From: a virus
Length of the DNA stretch: 64,000 bases
IMG/VR virus record: IMGVR_UViG_3300024346_000008
Coordinates: 32,001 to 96,000 of that record
Reading direction: 5' to 3' (one strand)
Position numbers and translations under genes: made by a program. Below, one piece after another: positions 39,340 through 47,436 of the stretch. Numbering within the stretch: position 1 is the stretch's first letter; the number at the start of each line of letters is the position of its first letter. The notes beneath the pieces were generated by a model. The model saw only the letters and a list, made by a program, of their open reading frames with translations. It searched no databases and was not told where the DNA came from.

Positions 39340-39924
39340 TTACTTTAAGTTTTTGACGGAATCTGCGAGATTATATTCCAATGCTTCTTCTGAACTTAAC
39401 CAGATATCCTGTGGCGGGAGTAACTTTTCCCGAATTATTTTCTCACTCAACTTCGTACACTTACGATAATGAGCAATCATACGCTTAGTAGTCAAATCAA
39501 ACTGTCTCTGTGTAGCGATTAGTTCATGTTCCTTCCCATAAGTTCCTGCTGCCCACTGATGTGAGAGGATAGACGTATTCGGTGTAATCAACCGACATCC
39601 AGGTTCACCAGCAATAAACGTCATGAGTCCAGCACTTGCAATCACACCCAACCCAATCGTATGAATAGGAATACTACTACCCCGCATCACATCAATCAAG
39701 GCAAATGCCGACATTAAATCGCCGCCATAACTGGTAATCATTAGCGTAAGGTTTTCAACCTTATTACTGGTCTGAAAATTACTGTCTAAAATCCACGTAA
39801 TAACATCCTTTGTAGTACTCGTATTAAATTCACTTGCGAAATAATATACGCCGTGATCGGACAATGATGGTGGACGAGTGTCCATCATAAATCCCTGTAA
39901 ATCTGGCATGTTGTTTGAAAACAT
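39340..39924 (-). CDS. clpP: ClpP-like protease subunit
   Basis: ITSYGG, IASAG (Ser), SHQ (His), DIWLSSEEALEYNLAD. Confidence 0.85.
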   Translation of the reverse strand: MFSNNMPDLQGFMMDTRPPSLSDHGVYYFASEFNTSTTKDVITWILDSNFQTSNKVENLTLMITSYGGDLMSAFALIDVMRGSSIPIHTIGLGVIASAGLMTFIAGEPGCRLITPNTSILSHQWAAGTYGKEHELIATQRQFDLTTKRMIAHYRKCTKLSEKIIREKLLPPQDIWLSSEEALEYNLADSVKNLK

Positions 39925-39925
39925 C

Positions 39926-40186
39926 TTACAGTTCTAACTTCAACTGCGACTTCGCCGGAACGTCAGCGGGGTCTGCAATCTTCACAGGCAAGAACTGCTT
40001 GTTAATAAATCCACATGCATTACATGCAAACGTTGGGATGGGAACAATAGCTTCCTTTCCAGTAGGTGATACAAGAGCAGAAACTCTCTTCATCAAAACT
40101 ACTTCCTGGAATGTATAGTTGCCGCAACTTTCGCATGTAACATCCTGTGCGTTACTTAAATCAATATTCATTGGTTGTTTGCTCAT
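39926..40186 (-). CDS. Zn-ribbon protein
   Basis: CESCG...CNACG. Confidence 0.6.
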   Translation of the reverse strand: MSKQPMNIDLSNAQDVTCESCGNYTFQEVVLMKRVSALVSPTGKEAIVPIPTFACNACGFINKQFLPVKIADPADVPAKSQLKLEL

Positions 40187-40195
40187 ATTATCTCC

Positions 40196-41110
40196 TCAAC
40201 TTGTTAAAATGGTATGTAATACTGTTATAAAATTAATTTCTTTATCAATCACTTGACTGTCCCACCGGCACCCGTCTCCAATTGCAATGATTGCTTGTGA
40301 AATTTTATTGGGGGCATATTGTTCAACATAATCAAATAATACTCGGTATAATTCGGTAAAGTCTTGAATCTGTGCGTCAGCCACAATCTTTCGAATTTCC
40401 GTAACCTTATCCTTCAAAGTCAAATTACTGGTCAGTGCATCCACGACCTTTAGTTTAACATCCTGTCCAATCAGTTCATCAACACTTACTTGCAGTTTTC
40501 CATCACGGGATTGTAACTGTGCAGTATTAATAATCTTTCTAATATCTGGATAATATACATTAACAATCTGTGCAATCGTCTTCGTATCGTATTCCACATT
40601 CTCATTTTTTAGGATATCTGCCAACTTCTTTGCCACATCCTTCTTACTAGGTGGAGTCAACTTATATACCTGCGTTCGACTCACCAGTGGGTCGATAATT
40701 CGTTCCACATAATTTGCCGTCAAAATAAATCGGGTTGATGCCGCATGAGCTTCCATCATATTACGAAGTGCCGGTTGTGCTTCTCGTCCCAAGAAGTCTG
40801 CCTCATCCAATACAACAATCTTTAAAGGTGCAAATCCAACGGTTGACGCAAATCCCTTAATCTTATCACGAACCGTATCAATGCCACGTTCGTCAGATGC
40901 GTTAATAAACATATAATCACAATCAATGTTCTTAACAAGAATTTTGGCGGCAGTCGTTTTACCAGTTCCAGCAGTTCCGTAAAACAGTAGATGTGGAATA
41001 TCCTGTGTTTGGATGTATTGTTCCAATTTTGCTTTAATTACATCATTACCGATATAGTTTTCAAGAACATCGGGTCTATACTTTTCTGTCCAAATCGTAT
41101 GTTCGTTCAC
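40196..41110 (-). CDS. clamp loader large subunit (T4 gp44/RFC-like AAA+)
   Basis: WTEKYRP, GTAGTGKT, INASDERG, LDEAD, DIRKIIN; GTG start. Confidence 0.93.
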   Translation of the reverse strand: MNEHTIWTEKYRPDVLENYIGNDVIKAKLEQYIQTQDIPHLLFYGTAGTGKTTAAKILVKNIDCDYMFINASDERGIDTVRDKIKGFASTVGFAPLKIVVLDEADFLGREAQPALRNMMEAHAASTRFILTANYVERIIDPLVSRTQVYKLTPPSKKDVAKKLADILKNENVEYDTKTIAQIVNVYYPDIRKIINTAQLQSRDGKLQVSVDELIGQDVKLKVVDALTSNLTLKDKVTEIRKIVADAQIQDFTELYRVLFDYVEQYAPNKISQAIIAIGDGCRWDSQVIDKEINFITVLHTILTS

Positions 41111-42336
41111 ACCTTTCTCCATAGCCACACTGGCTCGGCAAAAATTTTATTAACAGAGTTATCTACTCTGTCCATTGTATCGTCTGTCCATTCGTTCGGC
41201 GCACTTCCTTGTGTCACGGTTCCTGCTCCAGCACTATTCGGTCGTTTGGACATTTCCATTCCAATTGCACCTAGATATTCAAGACCCAATGATTGTAAAT
41301 GATCGTTCATAGGATTGGTAATCTCTAACCATCGTTTCTGTCCTTTCCCTGATGTAGAAAACACATCAGCAATGTTTATTGCCATAATACCACCGACTCG
41401 CATTGCTGGATAAATATTGGTTAATACTTGATGTAAGAACTTTTCATTCCACTCTTCAATAGACTTATATCGTTTAAAACTCTGAGTATCATCCGTACTA
41501 TAATGTTCTACATTAAAATATGGTGGTGAAGTGAATACTATGTCAAAGTACTCATTATACTCTGAAAAGTCAACCCCTTCCGCGGGTAATTCATAGAAAG
41601 TGGTTCTTTTATCGTTCTCAAAAAAACTACTATGTTTTACATAAAATTCTTTTTGTTTTTCATATAATGGGTGATTATCTGTATTGGGGTCCATACCAAC
41701 ATAATGTTCTGTTGTATTTGCCGCATAGAATCCTGCTAACCTATCTCCCCATCCCATTGAAAAGTCCAATACATTTTTAGATTGAAACATATCGTACAAT
41801 GACTTTGCTACATTTGGTCTGAACTGTGAGCAAGTATATTTCCGTAGATGCAAACATCCTCGCAATGTAGACTTATCAATACGAGGAACTTTTAACGTGA
41901 ACAGTGACCCCATGAGACTCACCATTGTACTCTTAGTTCTCCATGTTTTCTCGGGACCAGGCGAACGATTTGAATTTGCTTTCCAACGATTTTCTTGTTG
42001 AAAATAATTTGATGCGGCATTGCCAGTATTACTTTTTGAAAATAACATTGGGTTGTTTTCAAACAATAAAGAATAATTGGAATTCTTTGTCCGTGAAAAC
42101 CATTCCTGTTCTTTAATCCCTTCGTTCCAACGAACACTTTTTAATTGCATATAACTAGTATACGCATCTTCTTCACTGATATCATTGTAGGGAATGGCGT
42201 ACGTCATGCAAACCGTTGCCATACTTTCTTTGATATCATCTACGGAGAACGTTTTTTTAATATATTGCCATTCGTCCGCACTTATTTCTAAGTACGGAGT
42301 CATGGCTAAAAATTTATCGAAATAATTTTGATACAT
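41107..42336 (-). CDS. DNA amino-methyltransferase-like protein (SPPY)
   Basis: VLDFSMGWGDRL SAM motif I, FTSPPYF motif IV, INIAD. Confidence 0.8.
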   Translation of the reverse strand: MYQNYFDKFLAMTPYLEISADEWQYIKKTFSVDDIKESMATVCMTYAIPYNDISEEDAYTSYMQLKSVRWNEGIKEQEWFSRTKNSNYSLLFENNPMLFSKSNTGNAASNYFQQENRWKANSNRSPGPEKTWRTKSTMVSLMGSLFTLKVPRIDKSTLRGCLHLRKYTCSQFRPNVAKSLYDMFQSKNVLDFSMGWGDRLAGFYAANTTEHYVGMDPNTDNHPLYEKQKEFYVKHSSFFENDKRTTFYELPAEGVDFSEYNEYFDIVFTSPPYFNVEHYSTDDTQSFKRYKSIEEWNEKFLHQVLTNIYPAMRVGGIMAINIADVFSTSGKGQKRWLEITNPMNDHLQSLGLEYLGAIGMEMSKRPNSAGAGTVTQGSAPNEWTDDTMDRVDNSVNKIFAEPVWLWRKV

Positions 42337-43587
42337 TTATTCTGTTTCGGTTTCAATATCCACTGAATTAGTACGTTTTACTAGTTTCATATTATATTCA
42401 TTGACCTTTGGTTCTCTAGGAATTCCCTCTTTCAATACCAAATCTTGCTTAAATAACTTAGTATAGGCAATGTGATGATGTGGACGACCATCCTTGTGCA
42501 TTTCATGGGTTAGAGTAACAATTTTTCCCCAATGCTTCTTTAGTTCATCAAACTTTTTCTGATATCCAGAAGTATTGCCACCTTCATAAATGGTATCCGT
42601 GTTTCCACCACGCATGGTACCCGTAGTTTGTTTTCCACTCAATAACGTATTAAAGTTGACTGTGCACAAATCACCAGTGGACAATACTCGTAGAGACAAA
42701 TCGGTATCTTCGTTGTACGTTCCTCTCCACCGTTCTTCTAATCGGGTGTCCAATAATTCAGAATTGATTAGAATGCAACTATATACTCTTGTGTTTTTTA
42801 TAAATTGACTACGACCTGGTTCTGTCGCAGGAACAAATGACATATACTGACATCCAACCAATCCCAAGTTTTCATATCGGTCACTGAAATCTTCCATGAT
42901 TCTGAAAAATACACCGTCTTTAACTTTCTTCTTTAAATTGTTATTCCACCGATAAAATCCAAGAATATTATCATCGACTACCCAATGCTTTTTGTGACCA
43001 TTCTTAACGGCATGATCCCATACAAAATTTCGAACAGGGATACTACCTCTCTTTAATTCACTAAAGTTTTTAGGAAGTTTTATAATCTTCTTCTTGTCTA
43101 CCTTTGCAGCATACGAATCGTATTCTGCGGGTTCCACGCATATATAAAAATCAATTCCCATTTCTTCAAGCGTGTCAATGGTAAAGGTTTTTTCCCATCG
43201 ACCTTTGGTAATTACATATATCGGATACTTTGGGTAAATTTTATGAGTATACGCATACTCATAATCTCTCAATGGATTTTCATTAAGATCATAATGTACA
43301 TAACGACTTGCGTTATTTTCCTTCAAACCAAACGTCTTATATACTATATTACGTTCCATTTGGTTTTTAACAAACACATTGACTATGCACCGTTCCATCA
43401 GATACGGCGACCATACAAATTCGGGCAGATTGAAATAATGTTCGCATTCCAAATCGTACAAATTATGATTTTTATAATCAAATTCATATGAAAGTGTATA
43501 ATCCCAGAAGTCACCTTCAATAAGCGTATTATTTAAAATGTCAGCAACTTTTTCTTTGTGACTTGTGTGGATTTTAATTATTTCCAT
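42337..43587 (-). CDS. TAGT/GREB1-like DNA-base glycosyltransferase with N-terminal extension
   Basis: YPIYVITKGR, VEPAEYDSY, RNFVWDH, HWVVDDNI, NTRVYSCILI, WRGTYNEDTDLSLR, MRGGNT. Confidence 0.75.
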   Translation of the reverse strand: MEIIKIHTSHKEKVADILNNTLIEGDFWDYTLSYEFDYKNHNLYDLECEHYFNLPEFVWSPYLMERCIVNVFVKNQMERNIVYKTFGLKENNASRYVHYDLNENPLRDYEYAYTHKIYPKYPIYVITKGRWEKTFTIDTLEEMGIDFYICVEPAEYDSYAAKVDKKKIIKLPKNFSELKRGSIPVRNFVWDHAVKNGHKKHWVVDDNILGFYRWNNNLKKKVKDGVFFRIMEDFSDRYENLGLVGCQYMSFVPATEPGRSQFIKNTRVYSCILINSELLDTRLEERWRGTYNEDTDLSLRVLSTGDLCTVNFNTLLSGKQTTGTMRGGNTDTIYEGGNTSGYQKKFDELKKHWGKIVTLTHEMHKDGRPHHHIAYTKLFKQDLVLKEGIPREPKVNEYNMKLVKRTNSVDIETETE

Positions 43588-43601
43588 ATGTTATACCTGT
43601 A

Positions 43602-44321
43602 TTAAATAGAAATCTGAACCAGATAATACGTTGATGTATATCCGTTTGCATCAAACTTTACGACCGACAATCCCTTTGAACTAATCTGTAAGGTTCCATT
43701 ATTGATTTCCTTATTTGCCATAAGAATTTCACGAAGATAATCGGCAGAGAAACTAATAGGCGCCACCTTTGTAGCTACGTCGGTTGCCACCGTAATAGAA
43801 ATTCTATTGGTGTTATTAGAAGAATGACCAATCACCACTTCGGCAGTCTTATCGTCACCTGAACTCATCACCGTAAATGTTTCCACATCATTCAACGCAC
43901 CCTTTGCCTTCACGAATGTACCAACGAACTTATCATCCAATAGAATAGTAAAATCTACCGCTGGAAGTTTCTTTAACTCCGGTACTGCGGGAATGACAGT
44001 TGCATCAGCAAGTACAAACGTTGCCTTCGTGGAGTTATCCGTCAGATTCAACCCCGTCATCTTACCATTAGCAACACTGGCATTGACTGTAATATTTTCG
44101 TCCAGTACACCTAGAATCGACCGAAGTTTCTTGGTGTCGTATACGCCGAATTCACCTTCGGGAAACTTAATCTGCTCTGCCGTAATTTCAACAAGAACAT
44201 TCTTGTCAGCGGAAATAGTACGCACGGAGAGATTGTCACCGTCTGACTTCAAGGTAACACTCTCACACGAACCACCCAAATTATACTTACTAATAAACTT
44301 TTCTAGCTTTGACTTTTCCAT
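43602..44321 (-). CDS. DNA polymerase sliding clamp (gp45-like)
   Basis: EFGVYDTKKL, LQISSKGL, TYYL; next to clamp loader genes. Confidence 0.8.
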   Translation of the reverse strand: MEKSKLEKFISKYNLGGSCESVTLKSDGDNLSVRTISADKNVLVEITAEQIKFPEGEFGVYDTKKLRSILGVLDENITVNASVANGKMTGLNLTDNSTKATFVLADATVIPAVPELKKLPAVDFTILLDDKFVGTFVKAKGALNDVETFTVMSSGDDKTAEVVIGHSSNNTNRISITVATDVATKVAPISFSADYLREILMANKEINNGTLQISSKGLSVVKFDANGYTSTYYLVQISI

Positions 44322-44340
44322 AACCGTTACCTATTAATTG

Positions 44341-44697
44341 TTAATATTGTGTATCTTCATACCACATTTTTGACAGTTTCCCGTCCGTAAATCTTGCAAA
44401 ATAATCACGCCATACATTGTTGCTATGCATACTCTTATAGAACATAATATCCCCGTGGTAATCTGTCAAGTACTCACGACGATAACTTCCTTCTATTCTC
44501 TGTAGATGCCCTTTAAACATATATCCTTCATCTGTTATCCATTCGTTATCCCACCGTTCTTCGTACAATTCACCGTTGGCGGTAATAACATACTTAGCCA
44601 GTGCATTTTCAAGTGACTTAGTTTGGTACCATTCATCGGTAATCTCGGTATTACCGGGGAGTATTTGTTCTATTCTAATTTCATCAAACATGCCCAT
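44341..44697 (-). CDS. hypothetical phage protein
   Basis: MGMFD...QTKSL...HGDIMFY...ARFTDGKL. Confidence 0.65.
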   Translation of the reverse strand: MGMFDEIRIEQILPGNTEITDEWYQTKSLENALAKYVITANGELYEERWDNEWITDEGYMFKGHLQRIEGSYRREYLTDYHGDIMFYKSMHSNNVWRDYFARFTDGKLSKMWYEDTQY

Positions 44698-44700
44698 AAA

Positions 44701-45207
44701 CTATCTCCATTTATTAATATTGATGCGTAGTCTTTCCCAATTGAAATGGGGTCCTGGATCAATTTTTCTTCCTCTGGGAATTGCAATATCAGAATGTCCA
44801 ATAATTACTTTCGATGTAGAATCATTATATCGTGATTGTAATTGCTTTATAAGCCATCCCGCACTATTATATTGTTTTTCTGTATATGCTTCTGGTGGGT
44901 CATTTTGTAAACAAATACCAATACTATATTTATTTAATCGAAACATTCCCTTATAATAGGAAATACCTGCGTGTGAGGCTTCATACTTGGGATCGATTAA
45001 TTTAATGATAGTACCGTCGCGTTGAATATAATAATGATAACTATTTCTTTTTTTAATTAATGTTCGCCGTGTCGATTTATATGAACCACCATCATCATAA
45101 TGTAATACAATATAATTAGTGGCACCTCTTACTGTTTTCTTTACAGGTAATGGCTTATTTAATAATGTTGGTGCCAACAATTGTGCAATCAATAACATTT
45201 TTAGCAT
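44701..45207 (-). CDS. N-acetylmuramoyl-L-alanine amidase (Amidase_2) with signal-like N-terminus
   Basis: IVLH, SYHYYI.RDG, HAG, SIGICL, GHSDIA..RK.DPG. Confidence 0.88.
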   Translation of the reverse strand: MLKMLLIAQLLAPTLLNKPLPVKKTVRGATNYIVLHYDDGGSYKSTRRTLIKKRNSYHYYIQRDGTIIKLIDPKYEASHAGISYYKGMFRLNKYSIGICLQNDPPEAYTEKQYNSAGWLIKQLQSRYNDSTSKVIIGHSDIAIPRGRKIDPGPHFNWERLRININKWR

Positions 45208-45222
45208 ATATTTCTCCTATAA

Positions 45223-45345
45223 GCGGCACCAGGGGAGTCGAACCCCGCATAGATTTCTCTAAGTCCTTGGCTAGCATAGTGTGGTCATAACATTGGGGTA
45301 GCAACCCGTCCACTCCTACCGTCGTCCCGCCCGACTGTGGTGCCA
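45223..45345 (-). ncRNA. tRNA-like RNA with atypical central domain
   Basis: GGCACCA/TGGTGCC acceptor helix, GGGG-TTCGACT-CCCC T-arm, GTCG/CGAC D-like arm, TAGA-GAAA-TCTA hairpin; GC-rich intergenic. Confidence 0.65.
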
Positions 45346-45350
45346 AAATA

Positions 45351-45686
45351 TTAATTTTTGGGACGATTTAACATCTTTGATAGTTCACTTTGAAACAATG
45401 GTACTACCTTTTGAAGAATACCCTCTACAAAGTCAATCTGTGAGGCACGATATAAATTCTCATCAAATATAACAGAAATATTAATTTTACTAGCAAACGA
45501 GTTGGGGTCAAACACTCTCTCAGCTCTATAATCAAACTTCTTTTTTACTTCTCTATTTAAGTTCTCCCAACGAGCGGATAGTTCATCACGTTCTTTGGTC
45601 AACTTAGTATTATTTTCTTTGAGTAAGGCATTTTGGGCAAGTGCCCGTTCTAATTTTTCCCATATGAAATTGGTTTCTTGTCCCAT
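45351..45686 (-). CDS. hypothetical coiled-coil protein
   Basis: Coupled to ligase. Confidence 0.55.
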   Translation of the reverse strand: MGQETNFIWEKLERALAQNALLKENNTKLTKERDELSARWENLNREVKKKFDYRAERVFDPNSFASKINISVIFDENLYRASQIDFVEGILQKVVPLFQSELSKMLNRPKN

Positions 45687-46786
45687 TAAAACTCTCCTGG
45701 AAAACGGATAGACACCCCGACCGGAAAGATCGGGATGTTATCACGGCTCAGTTCTTGATAGCGAACCGTCAAATATTTACCTACCAATTCCTTACGAGTG
45801 TTGAATAGTTCCGCTCGATTGCTCTGAGTGCCTTCTGGACGGCAATTGAAACGGTTACCGTCATCTGTTTCCAAGATGAAAATAGCAAGCCCTGCATCAG
45901 AGCCAGCACCATCAACAACATCAACAATACGATATTCTGCATCGACAAAATCCTTGAGTTTAAGTAGTGAATACGAACGCTTACCAATTTCATATTCCAT
46001 CGACGGATTACGAATCATGGTTCCTTCAAATCCTTCTGACACAAATTGTGTATGCTGTTTATAGACTTCGGTTTCATCCATACACTCCACCGTCTTAACC
46101 ATAACTACATTTGGTGGGGCGTTATGCATAAGATCAATAATAATCTGCTGACGCATAGCATATGGAAGTTCATTGTCCACGATATCATATACATGATACA
46201 TGAGTAGAGGTGACAGTTCTGGACGATACTTTTTGATAGCCTTCATGCTTTCCTGCAACAACTGATTATTGGGAAGCATCAGTTCACCATCAAGAATAAA
46301 TCCACCCGTATCAAACCGAAGGTGCTGAATCACTTCGGGGATAATTTCTTTGTTGCCCCGACTCCGTGCTTCTGTACCGTTGAACAACATACGCATACCA
46401 TTCAACTTGGGTTGAATATAGGACGGCCATTCCACCTTGTTCATATGATCCTTGAACTTGTGCGCCAACATCGGCATAGGCCAGCTATCTACCTTCTCAC
46501 CTTCCCGATAGAATCCCTTATCCAACTGCTTCTTGATAATAGCATCGAACTCAAAGAACGCCTGTTCTTCACTGTTACGTTCGTTTGCCCGTCCAATGTT
46601 TGTTGGTGCGGCAAAGTACGGTTCAGACGTTTGCTTCTTGGTTTCACGGCCCGTCTTGGTCAACTGATACCATTCGGTCTGTGTGTAGAAATTGGTATCG
46701 TCTTGAAGGATATGCAACCGCCAGAACTTACGGTTACCGGCCTTGTTTTCAGAAATGAGCAGGTCACTACTTTTAATGATTTTCAT
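45686..46786 (-). CDS. ATP-dependent DNA ligase
   Basis: QPKLNGMR (KxNG), LDGEL, FEGTMIR, LLKLK. Confidence 0.93.
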   Translation of the reverse strand: MKIIKSSDLLISENKAGNRKFWRLHILQDDTNFYTQTEWYQLTKTGRETKKQTSEPYFAAPTNIGRANERNSEEQAFFEFDAIIKKQLDKGFYREGEKVDSWPMPMLAHKFKDHMNKVEWPSYIQPKLNGMRMLFNGTEARSRGNKEIIPEVIQHLRFDTGGFILDGELMLPNNQLLQESMKAIKKYRPELSPLLMYHVYDIVDNELPYAMRQQIIIDLMHNAPPNVVMVKTVECMDETEVYKQHTQFVSEGFEGTMIRNPSMEYEIGKRSYSLLKLKDFVDAEYRIVDVVDGAGSDAGLAIFILETDDGNRFNCRPEGTQSNRAELFNTRKELVGKYLTVRYQELSRDNIPIFPVGVSIRFPGEF

Positions 46787-46787
46787 A

Positions 46788-46907
46788 TTAGTTGTTAGAT
46801 TTGCAGGAACACATGCCCTGACACTTCGGGCAATCACATTCACCATAGGAATAGGCCGTACAGCGGCCTGACAACATCTGGAAGTACTTCATACAGTATT
46901 TACACAT
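46788..46907 (-). CDS. Cys-rich microprotein (39 aa, 8 Cys)
   Basis: Hand-translated MCKYCMKYFQMLSGRCTAYSYGECDCPKCQGMCSCKSNN; GAGG SD; directly after promoter. Confidence 0.6.
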   Translation of the reverse strand: MCKYCMKYFQMLSGRCTAYSYGECDCPKCQGMCSCKSNN

Positions 46908-46935
46908 ATTTTGACCTCGGTTGTGGTATACTAGT

Positions 46936-46964
46936 AATATAATCAATCATACCCAAAAAGTCAA
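46936..46964 (-). promoter_or_regulatory. sigma70-type promoter
   Basis: TTGACT-N17-TATATT. Confidence 0.72.
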
Positions 46965-46977
46965 GGGGTATTATACA

Positions 46978-47436
46978 TTATTTATTGGATTTAACATATG
47001 CCCCTAGTACAAAGGTAGCGGCAATTAATACCATATTTTTCAATATATATTGACCTTCTAATGTTAATATAAATGGGAAGTATATAAACATTCTTTCTGG
47101 GAAAATGATTAATGGCATCCATGCTCCTATCATTTGCGTCCACAATAGGAACAAGGTAGTGCGTTGAAATATATTACATAGAAATCCTATCCCAATCAAT
47201 GTTTCCCAGACGGCAAGTATTTTAATACTAATATACGATGGAATCATTCCAAAGGTAAGTACATTAATAGTATCAGTTGCTAATGATTCGGCAGGAGATA
47301 CGTTCGGGAAAAACTTCAAGAACCCAAACCAAAAGAATACAATACCAAGAGATATACGCAAGGTATCTAACGCATATCTCTTAAACAACGGTATTAAGTA
47401 TTGGTCTAATTTAGAAGGAAAAGAAGTCAGTCGCAT
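46978..47436 (-). CDS. DoxX/YkgB(DUF417)-like membrane protein
   Basis: LRISLGIVFFWFGFLKF, E..IG, EGQYILKN; start uncertain. Confidence 0.8.
   Translation of the reverse strand: MRLTSFPSKLDQYLIPLFKRYALDTLRISLGIVFFWFGFLKFFPNVSPAESLATDTINVLTFGMIPSYISIKILAVWETLIGIGFLCNIFQRTTLFLLWTQMIGAWMPLIIFPERMFIYFPFILTLEGQYILKNMVLIAATFVLGAYVKSNK

Noticed and set aside
45223-45345. tmRNA or a standard tRNA with assignable anticodon
   Set aside because: No G3.U70 pair, too short for tmRNA, and no 5-bp/7-nt anticodon arm could be placed
45155-45346. 63-aa ORF over the tRNA-like element
   Set aside because: TTG start, overlaps the amidase start, and the sequence is better explained by RNA structure
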